Source: Candidatus Arthromitus sp. SFB-rat-Yit
Lineage (GTDB): Bacteria; Bacillota; Clostridia; Clostridiales; Clostridiaceae
DNA: 32,000 bases
Assembly (NCBI RefSeq): GCF_000283555.1
Contig: NC_016012.1
Span: 930,001 to 962,000 of the forward strand
Direction of reading: 5' to 3'
Shown here: positions 25,046-32,000 of the stretch, one piece after another
Position numbering within the stretch: position 1 is the first letter of the stretch
Layout: each line of letters begins with the position of its first letter
The notes under the pieces: model-generated
Databases searched by the model: none
Seen by the model: the letters and a program-made list of their open reading frames with translations, nothing else
Told to the model about the DNA's origin: nothing
Translations under genes and position numbers: made by a program

Positions 25046-25483
25046 ATTGGATTTTATATATGACTCGATATATCTTATACGTTTTGATGCTCTTTTCCTC
25101 GATCTTTTCTTATAGAAAAAATTCATTATCTTAAAATTTAAATTTGCAGTGCCAGTCTTGCCTACAAACTCTTCTTTATATATAACATCAATATTTTCAT
25201 CATCAATTTCATCAATAATATAACATATAGTATTAACTCCAGATGCCGATTTAAAATTTGCACTGTACATTTTGGGAGAAGCAAAATGTGTTATTACCAC
25301 CTCAACCTCTCCTCTTCCTCCAAGTTTATTTTTAAGGTTCTTCGTATATTTAAAACCATTGCGTATATCACTAACAACCATTTTTTTGCCCATTGATTGC
25401 TCTATATCATAAATTACAGATTCCTCTATCTTACTAAAAAAATCTTTTGCACTTACATTAAGTCTTTCTTTTATCTCAATCAT
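25037..25483 (-). CDS. DUF3284-like protein associated with PTS-cellobiose operons
   Basis: 148 aa. Its size and its position right after a GH1 6-phospho-beta-glucosidase in a cellobiose PTS operon match my recollection of the DUF3284 family. This is not verified by any search. Confidence 0.45.
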   Translation of the reverse strand: MIEIKERLNVSAKDFFSKIEESVIYDIEQSMGKKMVVSDIRNGFKYTKNLKNKLGGRGEVEVVITHFASPKMYSANFKSASGVNTICYIIDEIDDENIDVIYKEEFVGKTGTANLNFKIMNFFYKKRSRKRASKRIRYIESYIKSNKE

Positions 25484-25489
25484 TTTTAT

Positions 25490-26866
25490 CTAAAACCCAT
25501 TATTATCATGTAATTCTTTAAACCAATATCCAGACTTCTTAATTGTTCTTTCTTGAGTATCAATATTAAGCTCTATTAATCCATATCTATTTTTATATGC
25601 ATTTATCCAACTCCAACAATCTATAAATGTCCAAACTTGGTATCCGATACAATTACTTCCTTCACTAATTCCTTTATGAAGCCACATCAAATGTTCTTTG
25701 TAAAAATCTATTCTATAATCATCCTCAATGCGTCCATCTTTTTTAAAACGCTCTTCACCTTCTACTCCCATTCCGTTTTCAGTTACCATCCACTCAATAT
25801 TACCGTAATTTTCTTTTATATTTATAGCAATATCATACAATCCTTTAGGATAAATTTCCCAACCCCTATATGGGTTCATTCTCCTACCTGGCATTACGTA
25901 ATCATCAAAATAATATTGTGGGAAGAATGGTGAATCTGGGTTTGGCATATTCGCTTTTGCACAAACTCTAACTGGATGATAATAGTTAACTCCTAAAAAG
26001 TCTACTGTATTTTCCTTTATAATTTTCAAATCTTCATCTGTATATGTTGGCATCAAATCATGTTTTTTGATTATATCAACTAACTCCCTACTATACTCCC
26101 CTTTAACCGCTGGATCTAAGAAACTTTTGTTAGCAAATAGCTCAGCAATTCTTGAAGCCTCTACATCTTTTTCATTGTTACTTCTTGGATATGCCGGAGT
26201 AAGATTAAGTACTATTCCAATTTTCCCTTCCTGATTCAAGTTGTGATATTCTCTTATAGCAGATGCACTTGCAAGTGCTGTATGGTATGCAACTTGAACA
26301 GCAGCCTTTGGATCAACTTTGCATGGATAATGATAGCAAAGCAAGTATCCACATTCAACATGTACAATTGGTTCGTTAAATGTAAACCAATGTTTAACTA
26401 TATCTCCATAGAGTTCAAAGCATTTTTTTGCATAATCTCTATAATGATCTACAACTTTTCTATTTTCCCATCCACCAATTTTTTGAAGTTCATATGGCAT
26501 ATCAAAATGAAACAAACAAACAAAAGGTTCTATTCCTTCTCTTTTGAGTTCCTCAAATACGTTTCGATAAAATTTTACAGCATCTTGATTTAAATCCCCA
26601 TATCCATTTGGGAATAATCTAGACCAACTTATAGATGTTCTAAAAGAATTGTGACCTGTTTGTTTCAATAGTTGTATATCTGATTTATAATTTTTATAAA
26701 AAGTTGATGTGTCTTTTGGTCCAATGCCATCGAAAAATTTATACGACTCCTCCTCATACCAAATATCCCATATATCTTGTCCCTTTAGACCATCATCATG
26801 TGCACCTTCACTCTGAGTTGCACTAGTAGCACTACCATAATAAAAATTATTTGGAAACTTAATCAT
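25490..26866 (-). CDS. GH1 6-phospho-beta-glucosidase
   Basis: 458 aa. FPNNFYYGSATSATQSEG, the acid/base motif WFTFNEP and the nucleophile motif VTENGMG are present. PTS operon context. Confidence 0.93.
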   Translation of the reverse strand: MIKFPNNFYYGSATSATQSEGAHDDGLKGQDIWDIWYEEESYKFFDGIGPKDTSTFYKNYKSDIQLLKQTGHNSFRTSISWSRLFPNGYGDLNQDAVKFYRNVFEELKREGIEPFVCLFHFDMPYELQKIGGWENRKVVDHYRDYAKKCFELYGDIVKHWFTFNEPIVHVECGYLLCYHYPCKVDPKAAVQVAYHTALASASAIREYHNLNQEGKIGIVLNLTPAYPRSNNEKDVEASRIAELFANKSFLDPAVKGEYSRELVDIIKKHDLMPTYTDEDLKIIKENTVDFLGVNYYHPVRVCAKANMPNPDSPFFPQYYFDDYVMPGRRMNPYRGWEIYPKGLYDIAINIKENYGNIEWMVTENGMGVEGEERFKKDGRIEDDYRIDFYKEHLMWLHKGISEGSNCIGYQVWTFIDCWSWINAYKNRYGLIELNIDTQERTIKKSGYWFKELHDNNGF

Positions 26867-27039
26867 CTCTTTTTACCTCCGGATTTATTTTTTTTAAATA
26901 AAATTACTCCTAACAAAATAATTAACAATCCTCCAATGATCATTATCATAGGATTCGAGTTTCTTGGCGATAACATAATAAATAGCAATCCAATTGATAT
27001 TAAAAACAAAATCCAAGCTGATTTTTCATCTTTCTTCAT
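26863..27039 (-). CDS. Unannotated 58-aa two-TM membrane protein between EIIC and GH1
   Basis: Below the ORF-track length cutoff. My translation: MKKDEKSAWILFLISIGLLFIMLSPRNSNPMIMIIGGLLIILLGVILFKKNKSGGKKR*. Its TGA overlaps the GH1 ATG (ATGA, 26863-26866), and the GH1 Shine-Dalgarno GGAGG lies in its last codons. Confidence 0.5.
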   Translation of the reverse strand: MKKDEKSAWILFLISIGLLFIMLSPRNSNPMIMIIGGLLIILLGVILFKKNKSGGKKR

Positions 27040-27097
27040 TTAATTACCTTAATTTCCTAAAAATTAAGAGTAGGGCTAGCCTACTCAATTAATTTGT

Positions 27098-28492
27098 TCA
27101 TTTATCTTTAACTCTGTTTGCTAACAGAATGAATGGAGTCCATATACAAGTAGCTATAACAACATTCAATAATGCAACTCCAGCTGCTAAAATACTTCCA
27201 CCTGTTGAAAAGAAAGCATATAACCCAACGGGCATTACCCAAGGTACTTGAATATATACAGGCGGAATAACTCCAATAGCTGTAAAAAAGTATGCAACCA
27301 TTCCACAAATCGGCGGAACAATTAACCAAGGTATCAGGTAAACAGGATTTAAAACTATCGGCATACCAAATATTACAGGTTCATTTATATTGAACACTCC
27401 CATTGGTGCCGAAAGTTTTGCAACAGCTCTAGCGTCATCACGCTTTGAAAAAATAAAAATTGCAATTATCAATCCAAGAGTTATTCCTGATCCACCCATT
27501 TGTGCAAAGGCATCAATCGATCCTCTAGTCCACAAATATGGCATTCCTTGAGTTGTTCCATTTTGTGTAAAGTATTCTAAATTTTTAAGCAGTGCTGGAG
27601 TATAAACTCCTTCTATTATTGGAGCCATAACATTTGATCCATGCAATCCAAAGAACCATAATAGTTGTACTAGGAACAATATTATTATGACACTAAAGAA
27701 GCCTTGTGATAAAGATAAAAGTGGTTCTTGAACCCATTTTATTATTAAATCATTCGGATACAATCCTGTTGTTGAAATACAAATTTGTGTCAATATACCA
27801 AATGTGTACACAGTCACAACTCCTGGTATAATAGCAGCAAACGCATTACTTACTGCTGGTGGCACTGATTCTGGAAGTTTAATTGTAACTTTTTTAATCA
27901 TCAATTTTATGTAAATCATTGATGATAAGAATCCTACTATAAGACAAGTAAACAATCCAGATGCACTAGTATAACCTTGACCTATATATCCCCAAGCACT
28001 AACTCCTTGAAGAACAACGTCATTATTACTATTTAAAGCTACATTAAGTCCCATATTCCTAAGAGCTTCTAAAGAAGATAAATTTACATTTGGCAATATA
28101 AAATCAAAAATAGCACTCTGGTTCATACATGTAACAACCGACGCAAAAGCTACAATACCCCCAGCAACTGGATTAACATTATATGAGCGTGCTAAATTAT
28201 ATCCAAAGGCAAACGTAAATACGATTCCTAAAATAACAATCGAACCAAAATAAACATTACCGTTAATACTTATAATTTGGGACATTGATTCCACGAATTT
28301 ATTTCCAGGACCAAACCAAGTATTTGGAAGATCTCTCAAAAAAACATTCAGAAGTACAGCAATACTTCCAACCATTGTGATTGGCATTATTGCAACAAAT
28401 CCGTCACGAATAGCAACTAAATGCTTTTGACTTCCAATTTTGGAAGCAAAAGGCATAAAGTACTTTTCCATCCATTTTAAAAATGCATTCAT
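27098..28492 (-). CDS. PTS lactose/cellobiose-family EIIC permease
   Basis: 464 aa. MNAFLKWMEKYFMPFASKIGSQKHLVAIRDGF is the typical EIIC(Cel) N-terminus. Polytopic. Confidence 0.92.
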   Translation of the reverse strand: MNAFLKWMEKYFMPFASKIGSQKHLVAIRDGFVAIMPITMVGSIAVLLNVFLRDLPNTWFGPGNKFVESMSQIISINGNVYFGSIVILGIVFTFAFGYNLARSYNVNPVAGGIVAFASVVTCMNQSAIFDFILPNVNLSSLEALRNMGLNVALNSNNDVVLQGVSAWGYIGQGYTSASGLFTCLIVGFLSSMIYIKLMIKKVTIKLPESVPPAVSNAFAAIIPGVVTVYTFGILTQICISTTGLYPNDLIIKWVQEPLLSLSQGFFSVIIILFLVQLLWFFGLHGSNVMAPIIEGVYTPALLKNLEYFTQNGTTQGMPYLWTRGSIDAFAQMGGSGITLGLIIAIFIFSKRDDARAVAKLSAPMGVFNINEPVIFGMPIVLNPVYLIPWLIVPPICGMVAYFFTAIGVIPPVYIQVPWVMPVGLYAFFSTGGSILAAGVALLNVVIATCIWTPFILLANRVKDK

Positions 28493-28527
28493 TACTTATA
28501 TATCTCTCTCCCTGATAATAATATAAC

Positions 28528-28830
28528 TTACTTACCAACTAGGCTTAAAGCTTGTTCTAAAACTTTTTCTCCATTCATAGTTCCATATGCTACCATATCT
28601 ATAACAGCTACTGGTTTATCCCCTGCAATACCCTTCATCTTTGTTTCTAAGAATCTAACTTGAGGTCCCAAGAGCAAAACATCAGCTTTTGGCAAATTAT
28701 CCGTTGCTTCAGATTCAGGAACAGCCCAAATTTCAGCTTCAATACCTTTTGATTTTGCTGAATCCTTCATTTTTGTAACCATCAAACTTGTTGACATACC
28801 TGCAGAACATACAAGTAAAATATTGATCAT
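28528..28830 (-). CDS. PTS lactose/cellobiose-family EIIB component
   Basis: 100 aa. MINILLVCSAGMSTSLMV contains the active-site Cys. Confidence 0.92.
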   Translation of the reverse strand: MINILLVCSAGMSTSLMVTKMKDSAKSKGIEAEIWAVPESEATDNLPKADVLLLGPQVRFLETKMKGIAGDKPVAVIDMVAYGTMNGEKVLEQALSLVGK

Positions 28831-28875
28831 AATAAAACCTCCTAATTATCTCTTCATAAATATCAGATATTCAGA

Positions 28876-28904
28876 ACAATATCATGTTTAAAACATTTAA
28901 GCAA
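28876..28904 (-). promoter_or_regulatory. Candidate promoter of the EIIB-EIIC operon with a 6-1-6 palindrome in the spacer
   Basis: On the minus strand, TTGCTT (28904-28899), a 17-nt spacer, then TATTGT (28881-28876). The spacer holds the perfect palindrome ATGTTT-A-AAACAT (28884-28896). Confidence 0.3.
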
Positions 28905-28931
28905 TCATTTAGCAAAATTTTATTTCAAATT

Positions 28932-28946
28932 TTGAAAACGTTTCAT
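28932..28946. promoter_or_regulatory. cre-like (CcpA) site
   Basis: TTGAAAACGTTTCAT matches the consensus WTGNAANCGNWNNCW at 14 of 15 positions (mismatch at position 14). It lies in the divergent PTS / GH4 intergenic region. Confidence 0.4.
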
Positions 28947-29176
28947 ATTAATTTAATCATATTTATATAGACATGTCAATTTAAACATGTTATAAAATTA
29001 CTTATATTTGATTTAAGGAAACTATCAATTTAAAACTAATGAATTTTACATCAAATTTAAATATATTTACATTTAATAATTCTAAAAAAACTTCAAACAG
29101 TTAAACAAACTTTCTTAAATAATATGTTCATCTAATAATCTTATATAATTTTAAAAATAAGGAGACATTTTAGATT

Positions 29177-30502
29177 ATGAAAGCAATCAAAATTGTTACA
29201 ATTGGTGGTGGAAGCAGTTACACCCCAGAATTAGTTGAAGGTTTTATAAAAAGATATAGCAACCTACCTGTAAAAGAATTATGGCTCGTTGATATAGAAG
29301 AAGGTCGAGAAAAATTAGAAATCGTTGGAAATCTTGCAAAACGTATGGTTAGAAAAGCAGGTATACCGATGGAAATAATTCTTAGTTACGATAGACGTAA
29401 AGCTCTAAAAGGTGCTGACTTCGTTACAACTCAAATGCGTGTTGGTAGATTACCTGCTCGTATACTAGATGAAAGAATTCCTTTAAGTCATGGAATGATT
29501 GGACAAGAAACAAATGGTGTTGGTGGAATGTTTAAAGCATTCAGAACAATCCCAGTTATACTCGAGATTATTAAAGATATAGAGGAAATTTGTCCTAATG
29601 CTTGGCTCATAAATTTCACAAATCCAACTGGAATAATTACAGAAGCAATTTTAAAATATACAAATTTCAAGAAAGCAATAGGTCTATGCAACGTTCCTGT
29701 TAATATGATTGAAGGATTTGCAAAAATACTTGGTGTCAATGAAAAAGACGTAACTATGGAAATACAAGGTACAAATCATTTCATATTTGCGACAGATATA
29801 TTTGTAAATGGTAAATCAAGATTTCAGGAAGTTTTAGAAAAATACGCCTATTTGTCCGAAGAAGATTCAATACAAATGAAAAATTTCGTTTCCCTTCCCT
29901 ACTCCCCATCATTTATAAAAGGTCTAAATGCAATACCTTGCCCATATCACAACTATTACTTCTTCACAAAAGAACAACTCGAAGAAGAACTTGAACAATT
30001 TAAAAAAGGCGAAGTTCGTGGAGAAGTTGTATATAAAACTGAAGAGGAATTATTTGCACTATATAATAAAGAAGAATTACAAGAAAAACCTGAACAATTA
30101 TCTATGCGTGGTGGTGCTAAATATTCTGATGCTGCATGTAATCTGATTCAAAGTATTTACAATAACACAGGCGATATACAATATGTAAACGTAAAAAATA
30201 ACGGTGCTATATCAGACATACCAAATGATTGTGCTGTTGAGATTGCTTGCAGGATAACGGCAGATGGTCCAAAGCCAATTGCAACAGGCAATTTAAAACT
30301 TCAAATAAGTGGATATATACAAATGATAAAATCATTTGAAAGAATGGTTGCTGATTGTGCTATAAGTGGAGATAGAAATCTTGCTGTTACTGCACTCAAC
30401 ATGAACCCACTTTGTCCTAGTGACACTATTGCAAACATTGTTATTGATGAGCTTATCGAAGCACACAAAGAATACTTACCACAATTCAAAAAAAAGATGT
30501 AG
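29177..30502 (+). CDS. GH4 6-phospho-beta-glucosidase (CelF/LicH/ChbF type, NAD/Mn-dependent)
   Basis: 441 aa. The N-terminal Rossmann motif KIVTIGGGSSYTPELV, NFTNPTGIITEA and GLCNVP are GH4 hallmarks. Confidence 0.92.
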   Translation: MKAIKIVTIGGGSSYTPELVEGFIKRYSNLPVKELWLVDIEEGREKLEIVGNLAKRMVRKAGIPMEIILSYDRRKALKGADFVTTQMRVGRLPARILDERIPLSHGMIGQETNGVGGMFKAFRTIPVILEIIKDIEEICPNAWLINFTNPTGIITEAILKYTNFKKAIGLCNVPVNMIEGFAKILGVNEKDVTMEIQGTNHFIFATDIFVNGKSRFQEVLEKYAYLSEEDSIQMKNFVSLPYSPSFIKGLNAIPCPYHNYYFFTKEQLEEELEQFKKGEVRGEVVYKTEEELFALYNKEELQEKPEQLSMRGGAKYSDAACNLIQSIYNNTGDIQYVNVKNNGAISDIPNDCAVEIACRITADGPKPIATGNLKLQISGYIQMIKSFERMVADCAISGDRNLAVTALNMNPLCPSDTIANIVIDELIEAHKEYLPQFKKKM

Positions 30503-30518
30503 CTTAATGCTACATCTT
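30494..30518. terminator. Hairpin shared by the convergent GH4 and ulaE genes; terminator-like for the minus strand
   Basis: 10-bp stem (30494-30503 pairs with 30509-30518) with a 5-nt loop. The minus-strand reading is followed by T7. The plus-strand reading lacks a U-run. Confidence 0.55.
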
Positions 30519-31358
30519 AAACACATCATCCAAAATATTCCTCAAAAATTTCACAGCATCCACACAAACTTCTCTCCAATTTTCATTACCAACATACCAA
30601 AACTCACCATTAAACATTCTAACTCCCATTTCTCTAAGAAGTATCACATTCTCTTTGAATTCCGTATGACCACGCCCAAACTCTATTTCTCTATAATGGT
30701 TAGGTATCGTTTCCTTAAGGTGTGCTGCAAATATATGACCTTTTCCACTTTTTATATCATCATTAACACTATGATTATACAAAAGGCTCGCATTTTTAAG
30801 ATTCCCAATATCTGGATAAACTCCAAGATATGGACTATTAATTATATTTACATAATGCATTGCCTTCTTAACTGTGTCCATAAAACTTGTTTCCATAGTT
30901 TCAAACCCAAGAATAACACCCTTAGTTGATGCAAGTTCTACGCATTTATATAAATTTTCTTCAAATATTTTTTCAGTTTCACTTGTTGATTCTTCATAAT
31001 AAACATCATACCCAGCAAGCTGTATTATTCGAACTCCTAGATCACTTGCGATATTAATAGCTTTCTCCATTATATCAAGAGATTTTTTTTGTATTTCTTT
31101 ATCCAAATGTCCTAAAGGGAATTTTCTATGAGCACTTAAACATATAGAGTTTATTTTTTGTCCACTCTCAAAAATATCATCTCTTAAAGACTTAATTTCA
31201 TGAGAAGTCCATTCAAGTCTTTTTAATTTTTCATCAGTTTCATCAATGCTCATTTCCAAATAATCAAATCCAAATTCACGATTCAAAGTTAACTTATCAA
31301 TCCAACTCAAATTTGATGGCATACTTTTTTCATACTGACCTAGCAAATAAGGTTTCAT
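30510..31358 (-). CDS. ulaE: L-ribulose-5-phosphate 3-epimerase (UlaE/SgbU family)
   Basis: 282 aa. LGQYEKSMP...FGFDYLEMSIDETDEKLKRLEW...CLSAHRKFPLG...IIQLAGYDVYYEE...YPDIGNL is collinear with E. coli UlaE as I recall it. Confidence 0.88.
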   Translation of the reverse strand: MKPYLLGQYEKSMPSNLSWIDKLTLNREFGFDYLEMSIDETDEKLKRLEWTSHEIKSLRDDIFESGQKINSICLSAHRKFPLGHLDKEIQKKSLDIMEKAINIASDLGVRIIQLAGYDVYYEESTSETEKIFEENLYKCVELASTKGVILGFETMETSFMDTVKKAMHYVNIINSPYLGVYPDIGNLKNASLLYNHSVNDDIKSGKGHIFAAHLKETIPNHYREIEFGRGHTEFKENVILLREMGVRMFNGEFWYVGNENWREVCVDAVKFLRNILDDVFKM

Positions 31359-31364
31359 TTAAAA

Positions 31365-32000
31365 TCACCCCTGTCCATAATAAGAGTTTGGTCCATGTTT
31401 CCTCTTAAAATGTTTATTTAAAAGTACTGTATCCATTTTTTCTAATTTATTACCTGTTAATTGATTACTCAAATATGCCATATTTGCACATTCTTCAAGT
31501 ACAACAGCATTATGAACTGCATCAAAAGCATCTTTACCCCAAGAAAAAGGTCCATGACTTTTAACAAGCACAGAAGGAACATGGTTCGCATCTATATTTC
31601 TTGTATTAAAAGTTTCAACTATAACTTTTCCAGTTTCAGCTTCATACTCTCCATTTATCTCTTTTTCATTCATATCCCTTGTGCAAGGAATATCTCCATA
31701 AAAATAATCTGCATGAGTAGTTCCCAAAGCTATTATATCTCTTCCAGCTTGTGCCCAAGCCGTAGCATATCTCGAATGAGTATGAACAACACCTCCCACA
31801 TCTTTAAAATTCTTATAAATTTCAATGTGAGTCATAAGGTCAGAACTAGGTTTTAAATTTCCTTCAATAACTTTACCATCCAAATCACAAACAACTATAT
31901 CGCTTTCTTTCATAACCTCATAATCAACACCGCTAGGTTTTATTAAAACTAATCCAGTTTCCCTATCAATTGCAGAAACATTTCCCCAAGTCATAATTAC
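31365..32000 (-). CDS. L-ribulose-5-phosphate 4-epimerase (AraD/UlaF/SgbE family); N-terminus lies beyond the right edge
   Basis: [11 protein letters not shown]...IKPSGVDY...KPSSD...[18 protein letters not shown]...[16 protein letters not shown]...HGPFSWGK...[12 protein letters not shown] closely parallels E. coli AraD. The frame is still open at 32000, and AraD has about 25 more N-terminal residues. Confidence 0.92.
   Translation of the reverse strand, partial: VIMTWGNVSAIDRETGLVLIKPSGVDYEVMKESDIVVCDLDGKVIEGNLKPSSDLMTHIEIYKNFKDVGGVVHTHSRYATAWAQAGRDIIALGTTHADYFYGDIPCTRDMNEKEINGEYEAETGKVIVETFNTRNIDANHVPSVLVKSHGPFSWGKDAFDAVHNAVVLEECANMAYLSNQLTGNKLEKMDTVLLNKHFKRKHGPNSYYGQG

Noticed and set aside
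26243-26593. 116-aa ORF, plus 25637-25933 (98 aa), antisense to the GH1 glucosidase. Similar antisense or alternate-frame ORFs occur at 1116-1304, 1954-2139, 2639-2929, 3943-4227, 4453-4641, 4795-4995, 7182-7367, 9825-10049, 15434-15619, 17302-17841, 18272-18562, 20159-20461, 21417-21635, 22311-22517, 24109-24294, 24304-25023, 26798-27043, 27108-27329, 29488-29739, 29928-30146, 30301-30489 and 31461-31856
   Set aside because: Each lies inside or opposite a gene with strong family signatures. None has a Shine-Dalgarno or a recognisable domain. ORFs of this length are expected by chance in stop-poor frames of AT-biased coding DNA.
28899-28916. Sigma54-like element (TTTGCTAAATGATTGCTT on the minus strand) upstream of the PTS operon, as expected for LicR/LevR-type control
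   Set aside because: The near-invariant GG of the -24 TGGCAC element is absent (TTGCT instead). No EBP/LevR-type activator gene is nearby.
30420-30929. 169-aa plus-strand ORF overlapping the end of GH4 and antisense to ulaE
   Set aside because: Shadow frame of a clearly conserved UlaE. No recognisable motifs and no ribosome-binding site.
1-32000. Searched by eye for rRNA/tRNA genes, CRISPR repeats, long direct or inverted repeats, transposase/integrase genes, toxin-antitoxin pairs and defence-system ATPases/nucleases
   Set aside because: No GC-rich structured-RNA islands, no regularly spaced repeats and no mobile-element or defence-type proteins were seen. The gaps larger than 100 bp are explained by promoters, terminators, mis-called starts or the small ORF described above. 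An eye scan cannot exclude short or degenerate repeats.

Overview
The window is very AT-rich (judged by eye, not computed) and looks like chromosome from a spore-forming Clostridia-type Firmicute. It is almost entirely coding, and most genes are on the minus strand.

Gene content, left to right:
1. A flagellar block: fliH' (partial), fliG, flgC, flgB, an FlgL/flagellin-family gene and a 115-aa unknown. The expected fliE-fliF pair between flgC and fliG is absent.
2. A TcyP-like DAACS symporter.
3. A frameshifted maltose/galactoside O-acetyltransferase, an orphan cellobiose-type PTS EIIA and an Asp23-family gene.
4. The complete spoIIIAA-AH sporulation operon, then efp.
5. A nine-gene type IV pilus / Com-like operon: pilB, pilC, four highly divergent prepilin-like genes and PilM/N/O-like genes.
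6. rqcH (NFACT family) and a 58-aa Cys-rich protein.
7. A heme/iron ABC importer with a HutZ-family gene and a Fur-like box.
8. A lone ahpC and an EamA transporter.
9. A cellobiose PTS locus: EIIB, EIIC, an untracked 58-aa membrane ORF, a GH1 6-phospho-beta-glucosidase, a DUF3284-like gene and a divergent GH4 glucosidase.
10. ulaE and a partial araD/ulaF-type epimerase.

No rRNA, tRNA, CRISPR array, transposase or integrase is evident.

Main second-look items:
- The pilus operon, whose middle genes would normally be annotated as hypothetical.
- Two genes (spoIIIAA and one pseudopilin) whose conserved N-termini can only be translated from an ATT/ATA codon placed after a strong Shine-Dalgarno.
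- The fliE/fliF gap, which holds a terminator.
- The hidden small membrane ORF in the PTS operon.

All family calls come from reading the translations against remembered family motifs. No database search was run.
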